DNA from: the human T2T-CHM13v2.0 reference genome, Homo sapiens | DNA length: 64,000 nt | Direction: 5' to 3' (one strand) | NCBI RefSeq assembly: GCF_009914755.1 | Contig: NC_060930.1 | Shown: positions 56,091 through 64,000 of the stretch, one piece after another | Layout: each line of letters starts with the position of its first letter | Position numbering within the stretch: position 1 is the stretch's first letter | Notes under the pieces: generated by a model | Told to the model about the DNA's origin: nothing | The model's input: the letters and a program-made list of their open reading frames with translations, nothing else | Databases searched by the model: none | Translations under genes and position numbers: made by a program

Positions 56091-57729
56091 CTGGCAGGAC
56101 ACAGACATTCTTATGATAATCCTGAGAAATAGGTAGGGCTTGAGTCATTATCTTTATTTCAGAGATGATAAAACTAAGATTCAGCTAAATGATTTGCTTA
56201 AGGCCTCACAAATACAAGTAAGCAGCGTTCAGATTGCTAGTCTTCTGACTCCAAGTCTTGGGCTACTGATACTACACCAAGGTTTCCATATATCCTTCAT
56301 TTTTTAGTGTGACTGAGATTGATTCAGACCTGGACTTGGGACCCAGAGCCTGGGATTCTTGTTCTTGCACTGTCACTGGACTCTGGGTGGTGTGCAACTT
56401 CTCTAAGCCCCTGATATCTTGTTTCTAAGATGGAAACACTTATTAACTGTCAATCAGGTGTGTTTTAAGAATCAAATGAAATAATGCCTTTTGACTGTCA
56501 ACCCTGTTTGTTGTCTATTCGCTATATATGTAAGTGCTTTGTAAATGGAGAGTGCCTTCTATACAAATGTAGGATGATGATTCATATGGTTGTATCTCAG
56601 GCTAAATAGATTCAGAAACTTGCTAGGCAGAGCTATTTTGAAACGTGTGGCAAGGACCAGAATTCAAGCTTTTCCTTGCTTATGTAACATGACAGCGTAA
56701 CTAATGTTAAGCATCAGAAGATTTGATGTTGAAGTAACTCGGTACTTGTAGTAATAGTGAGAATCACACCACTTCAAAAATGTGTGAAAATTACTTAGAG
56801 GATGCCAATCTGTCAACACAGATGGAGGACAGGGGTTGAGGAGAAAAGAATTTGGGGCAAAGCTTTTAATGACTCTTAAAGGTCTAAAGTTTTTCTTTTT
56901 CATGATTGTCATCAGCACTTTCTCATACATTATAATAGTACATATAGGGAATGCAAATCGATTATTTTAACCCACATCTTATACTTTAAAAATCAGTTCA
57001 TGGTGATAGAAATTTTACTTAAGAGTTTGAACAGTATGAGTAAACTACCATGTATAAGTTGTTTCAATTGGACACCATTCCATTTAAGAGCATTTTATTG
57101 CTTTGTGTGTATATATTTTAAATGTTTATATCACATTGTATTATCATTCAGTGAACAGATGATTATTCATGCCTTTGTGTACTTGTCATGGTATTATAAA
57201 GGATGGAGTTTAGAAAGCTAGTTTGTTTTAAAATCCTTTCTTTTCATAAATATTACTTGACTTCCAAGTACAGCTAAATGTTGCAAATTTAATGACAATT
57301 TTCTTTGTAGAATTGATTTAGTAACTTAACACATTCTTAGTATTATGTAAAATATTCTAAAATAAGTTTTATCATAGAATCACTTGCATAATCATCTGGT
57401 AAATAAATGTCTTGAATTCCTTTTTGAGTTCCATTTTTGATGGATATTGATCCATAACATTGGCCTCTTAGGTTTTTGGTTAATAATAAAGTGTTTTATT
57501 CAGTAATATATCTTAGGACAAATGTTATTGGTTCAAATAAGAAAAATAGGATGCTAAGAAATATTGCTAGTAAGCGTTATTAAAGGAATATTTATAATAT
57601 TTTCATTAATCTGGACAGATTGACAATTTTCAGGCTTTCTTTATGGATCTTCCTTAAGTTTGTTCTGGAAATTTCTTTGTGAAATTATCTTGCGTCAACA
57701 TGTAAACGGAGTTTCACCTTTTATTTCAG

Positions 57730-57816
57730 GGTGGTGATTCCACTGAAGCAACTGCCAAACCAAAGAGAAGTTTTTATGCTGCCAGGGATTTGTACAAGTA
57801 CCGACACCAGTACCCA
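57730..57816 (+). CDS. OGFRL1: OGFRL1 coding exon 2
   Basis: tttcag|GGT...; GGDSTEATAKPKRSFYAARDLYKYRHQYP (87 nt); CCA|gtaaga. Confidence 0.95.
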
Positions 57817-57969
57817 GTAAGAGTATAGAATGCTATGTTTTAAACTGTAAACTATTTTCCTTCTGTTTTTAAATTTTTATGGTGCCACTGAGAAAACATG
57901 CATGAAGGGTCCTTGTATCTTTACTGTATTTCTATGTGCTGGAGATTGATTTATTTTTTCCTTTAGCAG

Positions 57970-58048
57970 AACTTCAAAGATATCCGATATCAAAATGACT
58001 TGAGCAATCTTCGTTTTTATAAGAATAAAATTCCATTCAAGCCAGATG
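57970..58048 (+). CDS. OGFRL1: OGFRL1 coding exon 3
   Basis: tttagcag|AAC; NFKDIRYQNDLSNLRFYKNKIPFKPD+G (79 nt, phase 1); G|gtgagt. Confidence 0.95.
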
Positions 58049-60309
58049 GTGAGTAACGTACTACTTGATAAATTGCACTTTAAATAATCACATACACTTG
58101 GTTATTCTTTATTTTGTGGTTTGTTTCATTGATTGGATTTACTTTGCTATGCAGTCTAATGTGTCCCCTTGGTAAATTCTGGAGGAAGAGCTATGGATTA
58201 ATGGTATCTTTCTTATTTACATTGCTATTATCTGAAAGATAGTAGGGACAATTTTTGTGACAGGAAGAGAGAGGAGATGTATAGAACCATAGAATTTTAG
58301 GTTATTAAGGAACAGTAGAGAAGATCAAATTCAGCTTTCTCATCTCAAAGATTAGGTCACTAGGACTTAAAGCTTAGGTCACTCGATTGCAGGTTCTAGA
58401 GTCCACTGTTCTTTCCATTGTGCCATAGCTGAAAACTATTTAGCATGTGATTGAAAAGTGCTGTTTGTATTTAGAATTATCTTTCCTGTCAGTTTTCAGA
58501 TTCAGTATCAGCAATCTACAGCAATCCCTGTTTGGAGTTCCAATATTCTGGGAAGGGAACTGCAGATACAGTAGATCTCCATCCAACTCTGCCAAATACA
58601 CTTGTCTCCTTCCCAACTCTGCAATTGCCCTCCTAGGATATTTTCCAAACCCATAGTGAGAAGATGCAGCTGCTATGGTAATATGACCACAACATTGCAT
58701 ATTTCATTGAGGCATCATGCTGTGGTTCATGGTGGTCATCCTAATTTTATCCAGGTCACCCTAGGAAAGCTGGCTTCTCTCCCAAGAGCCCTTTTCTGTG
58801 TGAGGTGGTCAGACTGCCCTGGCTTCTGCTATTTGCTCTCAGTGGAAACTGAGCCAGTTCCACAGCAGTGTGAGTCACAGAAGGAAGGAGATAGACTGCA
58901 AGGCTTTCAAGTGGCAGGACCTTGCATTCTTTGGTGAACTAACTCGAGGCAAGAGGTCTAAAGCCTGGATTGAGTTTGGGAGGAGGGAGTCCCAGTACTG
59001 TGTACCAACAGACCTACCAGTTGGGAGTTAATATTTGAGAACATCGTTGACGTGGCCAGATCTACTTGTCTTTAACTTTCTGGTGTCCTGAAAGTCTGCT
59101 GTGATGTGGAATGAAACCTCTGGATAAAATTGCACAGTTATATTTACTAATGATAGAAATGTGCTGCTTTATTTACTAATGGAAAAATATTGGCCAAATT
59201 ATTCATTTTGTTAGGACTTGGGGTAGAAAAATATTTTGAAGAAATGCAATGATAGATTGTTAATTTGAGTCTGATTTGAATTTCATACAATTTTCCTAAA
59301 GGAATGCCTTCACATATTAAAAATATTAAACATAAAGCTATGATAGTATTTAACTCTATTTTTTTCTACTAGGGAATTTATTTTGTAAATATTAATTTAA
59401 AAAGTAATTTCAAGCAATATATTGAATTTTTGGTAATCTTTACTACAAAGTTTATTTTGAAATCTTATGATTGGTGGGGGTCAGAAGTTTTAGCTAAGGT
59501 CAGATAAAATGTTTATCCTAGTTTATTATACAAATTATATCAACTCACTTTCCTCCCTAGTATACACACACACGCACACACGCACACACACACTACTTGC
59601 CAGTAAGCATAATCTTGCAATGGTATTTATTTATCAGGCAGGAGGAGTGGTAGTTGGAAAGGAAAACAAATGGAAAATTACAGAGGTAAATGGTTTCAAC
59701 ATGCCAATAAAGCCAACATTATGATTCAAAACAACTTTTTACCAAACCTTCCGAGAGTGGGCCTCTACTACAAACTGGTGATCTCTGGAGGAAACAAGAA
59801 TGAGATGAGTTATGTTCGGAGAAATATTATATTGCTATTTTATTTTCTACAACATTGACTAAATGGCTAGTCAATTGTAAGGACCTTGACAGACTTAGGA
59901 ACAGGAGGATTTTGTTTTTGTAAGTTCTTGTAGAGGAAAAGTGGACAGGGTGAAAAGGGCTTACTTCTTGGAACCAGAAAGACCTATGTTGCACTCAAGA
60001 TTTACTTTTTTACTAGTGTGTAACTTTGAACAAATCTCCCAGTTTCTTCATTGTTAAAATGAGGATCATAACACTGGCAGCATTCTGTGAAGACTAAGCT
60101 GGAAAATGTGCGCTCTGTGTAATATGGGCACAGCATGTAGTAAGCACTTACAATTTTTTCCTACATTTTTCTTTTCTCGTTTTCCTTCTCCTTTGTTTTC
60201 TCCTTCTCATTTCTTTTCTTCTATTTCTACTCCCCTTTCTTTCTTTTTCCCTAGGATGCAATTCATTTTGATCCAATTTAGCATTTAAAGAACTATATAA
60301 CTCCTAGGA

Positions 60310-60512
60310 CTGGGATTGGCAAACTTTCTATACAGGGGCAAATAGTAAATATTTTGGGCTTTGGGGGACAGTGGGTCTGTATTGCAACTACACAGCTCTG
60401 CTACTGTAGTACAAAAACTGCCATAGACAGTACATAAATGAATGTGCATAGCTATATTCCAATAAAACTTTATTTAAAAAACAGCTGGCAGGCCACAGTT
60501 TGCCAAGCTCTG
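60310..60512. mobile_element. MER58A (hAT-Charlie)
   Basis: ggattggcaaactttct...aaatagtaaatattttgggcttt...ccaataaaactttattt...cagtttgccaa. Confidence 0.85.
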
Positions 60513-60753
60513 CTTTAGAGTACATTGCCCAACAAAGCCTTGTGCAATTTGAGGTGCTATTAATTTTTTTTAATTAGATTTATCACATAACCGAATATAT
60601 GGGCATAGGGTATTCATCTTTTTAAAAGCACTATTCTTGTGTGCTATTATTAAATTTAAACAAGTTTTCATATAAAACTCAAGTGATTCGAATCTTAAAA
60701 TGCCTTCACAATGTTTGAAATGTCTGGTTCATTTTTAAATATTTACTATTTAG

Positions 60754-60832
60754 GTGTTTACATTGAAGAAGTTCTAAGTAAATGGAAAGGAGATTATGAA
60801 AAACTGGAGCACAACCACACTTACATTCAATG
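60754..60832 (+). CDS. OGFRL1: OGFRL1 coding exon 4
   Basis: tttag|GT; (G)VYIEEVLSKWKGDYEKLEHNHTYIQ(W) (79 nt); TG|gtcagt. Confidence 0.95.
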
Positions 60833-60931
60833 GTCAGTTACATATTATCTATCTTGAACCATGTCCTATTTAATCATGTATGTTTTCCAGACAACGTTAA
60901 TAGAAAAATTTTATTTTTTTAAAATAAATAG

Positions 60932-60998
60932 GCTTTTCCCCCTGAGAGAACAAGGCTTGAACTTCTATGCCAAAGAACTAACTACATATGAAATTGAG
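60932..60998 (+). CDS. OGFRL1: OGFRL1 coding exon 5
   Basis: aaatag|G; (W)LFPLREQGLNFYAKELTTYEIE (67 nt); GAG|gtaatg. Confidence 0.95.
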
Positions 60999-61108
60999 GT
61001 AATGCAAGCTCATTTCATTTTATACAGGGTGGCCAAATAATATTGCTATTTCACTGTCCTTGTAGCTACTGAATCATTTCAGGTGACTTTTTTCATTTTT
61101 TATATTAG

Positions 61109-61254
61109 GAATTCAAAAAAACAAAAGAAGCAATTAGAAGATTCCTCCTGGCTTATAAAATGATGCTAGAATTTTTTGGAATAAAACTGACTGATAAAAC
61201 TGGAAATGTTGCTCGGGCTGTTAACTGGCAGGAAAGATTTCAGCATCTGAATGA
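61109..61254 (+). CDS. OGFRL1: OGFRL1 coding exon 6 (CDS continues beyond the window)
   Basis: attag|GAA; EFKKTKEAIRRFLLAYKMMLEFFGIKLTDKTGNVARAVNWQERFQHLN(E) (146 nt); GA|gtaagt. All splice phases are consistent across exons 1-6. Confidence 0.95.
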
Positions 61255-62230
61255 GTAAGTAAAGCCCCTGTGATAAATCAGGGGCCAGCACAGTTATTTT
61301 CCCTTGGTCAGAGTTCTCTATGAAACGCAGGAACAACTAGCAGATGAGATGGGCCCAGGAATTTGGATTAAAAAGCTAGTCTGAAATGCATTACATTCCT
61401 GTACCACATTCTAAAACAAAACAAAACAACAACAAAAAGGAACAAAATTCTAGGTAGAAACACAGCTATTCAGCTTCAGACCTGTTTCTCCCTGAAACCT
61501 TCCTATTGCCCACAGCCAAATGTTGCTTCTCTCCCTCCTCCTTATGCCACATTTCTTTGAGTTTATTGTTATTGCTTGTGTACAATTCTGTGTATTCCTT
61601 CTTGTAGGCTGTAAGCTTCTTGGGGCACAATCTGTTTCTAAGCATAATGCCTTCTTAAGATTAAATTCATGCATTAAGCCTATGATGTATAAAAATCATT
61701 TTATAAGAATGAGATGGGCCCATAGTTTTTACTAAAAGAGAGAGAAAATTACACTTGTCTTCACTATTAAGGTAAAAAACAAAAACTCATTTTTGGGTAA
61801 TAAGTCCCAAAACTTATGAAGAACATTTTAACATAGTTTATTTGGAATTGTTTTGCTGTATTCATTTGGTTGGATGTTTATAACTTTTGTTAATACTCAT
61901 AACCAAAGTTTATTTTTCTTGATATTTTCTTCATATTCACTGTCTATTTTCTTTTTAATTATAGTTAAATTTTAACTAATTATAGTTACATTTAAACTAA
62001 TCATAGTTGAATTATTTATGAATGCTGGCCTATACAGCCACCAGCTTTAAAGTACTTTTAAGCATATTATAATTAGCTAAACTGAGCAAGTACTAAGAGC
62101 AAAAAAATTAAAACTAACCTAAGCAATTTTCCTTTGGCCACAGCAGTCTACGTTTTGTGCATCAGTTAACTATTTTTTTATGTGTTTTTATAGAACTTTC
62201 ACCTTGCTTTGGTAAGATGGGTATAAATAT

Positions 62231-62464
62231 ATATATTTTTAATTTTATTATTATTATACTTTAAGTTTTAGGGTACATGTGCACAACGTGCAGGTTAGTT
62301 ACATATGTATACACGTGCCATGTTGGTGTGCTGCACCTATTTACTCGTCATTTAGCATTAGGTATATCTCCTAATGCTATCCCTCCCCCCTCCCCCCACC
62401 CCACAACAGACCCCGGTGTGTGATGTTCCCCTTCCTGTGTCCATGTGTTCTCATTGTTCAATTC
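62231..62464 (-). mobile_element. 5'-truncated L1PA (3'UTR only, L1PA3/4-like) in intron 6
   Basis: ttattatactttaagttttagggtacatgtgcacaacgtgcagg...; perfect 16-bp TSD AGATGGGTATAAATAT at 62215-62230 and 62465-62480. Confidence 0.95.
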
Positions 62465-64000
62465 AGATGGGTATAAATATTAATGTTATAAGAAGTAAAA
62501 AGCCTTCTTTTTACTTTATTACTTATAATCAATGATATTAAAATGGTAGTTTGTACTAAAACGCTAAAGATATGGGCATAAAGCTTTATATTCCTGACTA
62601 GAAGATCCATTAACTCATAACTCAAATTTGACTTATGTAGGGCACTTAAAGCATAGGTATATATACCTCTACCTAAGCAATACAGGTAGCTAGCTCTGGA
62701 CAGAGTTTCTAAACACTTATATTACACTGTGAAAGAGCTACATGCCAGCAGCCTATTGACATGAAAGACAGCAATAGTAACAGTAAATCTTTTGAAAGGA
62801 TTTGATAGTACCTCATCTTTCATGTACTTAACGACTATCATTTTAGATACCTCAAACTTGTTATTTTTGGTTGGAATAGCAATCTTGCTTAATAAATTTT
62901 TATTGAATGAATAAATGATTAACAAAATATGGTCTTCAGCTTAAATCCTCCTTGGAGTTTTGTTATCATATCCTCTGATTTATAGGTGGAAACAGAGTCT
63001 CTTTTTAAGGCTTTAATTAAATGATTTCCAGGGTTGAGGCAGGGGAAGGGAGCCTGAACTAAGTCACTTCTCACTCCTCTGCCCCATCCTTTCTTTCTGC
63101 CACCTATTGTCAGCATAGAGCTTTTCCAGCTGTGAATTAACTGCCTTAGAATCTGCCAGAAAACACTCTGTTTCTTCTCTAGTTTAGTTGCAAAAAATCT
63201 TTACTGACTAGATTTGAACAAATGATAGAGGATTCTATGAAAACGTCTGTTCTATTTTCTTCTTCAATTGGGTCCTTTTCTGACTTATTCTTAAATGTCA
63301 TAACTTATTTGTATTTTAATGTATATGGCATCTTGAGTAGTTTACAGTAGGCAGGGAACTCAATATATTTATAGTAGCTAAGCAGAGGAAAAATATTGAA
63401 TCAAAGTAAAATAAAATAACATTGAGTGAACAAGCGACCTTGACTAAAAGAGGCAAAATATTTTCAGACATGAGAGTACAAATATATGGACCAACCACTA
63501 AGAGGTGTTTTCAATTTTGTTTGTAATCAACTTGGATTACTGAGCCATATTTAGACCCTGGGGAGCCTTTTAACTTTTATTTTTTGTTTCCTGGTTCTCA
63601 CCTTGTATGTCTTCTCTCTTTACCTACCTAGACTTCTTGCAATTTCAACACTATTTGCTACCCTTAACCTCTGTCTGGAACCTCAGCTTCTTTCTTTTTC
63701 CTATAGTGTAACCCTAAGATGGTTTATACACTATAAGGATTTTTGCCACTCTCTTCTATACCATTTAGTCTTTCACTATGACATTTATTACAAATCATAC
63801 TGAAACACCCAATTGCTTTATTTTGTAGTTTTGTTCTGGGATACTCATCATCATTTTTTAACCCAAGTCTTTTTCCTTTTATACTGTTGTGTAAATATTT
63901 TTAATTGGAGCATATATAGATATAGTAAATATGTACAGAAATTTTAACTTCAGCATTCATCTAAGATTGGCTATATAAAATTGAGCTGGTTGCAAATATA

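Overview
Primate genomic DNA, most likely human: it carries a hominid-specific SVA, AluY/AluS and L1PA elements, and a protein sequence I recognise as human OGFRL1 (6q13, from memory). About 52 kb of repeat-rich upstream sequence is followed by the OGFRL1 CpG-island promoter and coding exons 1-6 on the + strand; the last exon lies beyond the window. The upstream region holds a full-length dead L1PA3/4, an internally deleted L1PB, a full-length SVA, several solo LTRs, DNA-transposon fossils and many old LINE/SINE fragments. Items the ORF track does not show: a degraded processed pseudogene of CCDC112 (~16.0-17.9 kb); a short hAT-transposase-like fossil (~13.55-13.7 kb); a ~515-bp inverted duplication with shuffled L1 fragments that points to an old complex rearrangement (33.6-43.5 kb); an 87-bp templated insertion inside a MER94; a 4-codon uORF and a NAGNAG acceptor in OGFRL1. 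I found no convincing evidence of a wholly new biological system. Repeat subfamily names come from recalled consensus motifs and need RepeatMasker/Dfam confirmation.
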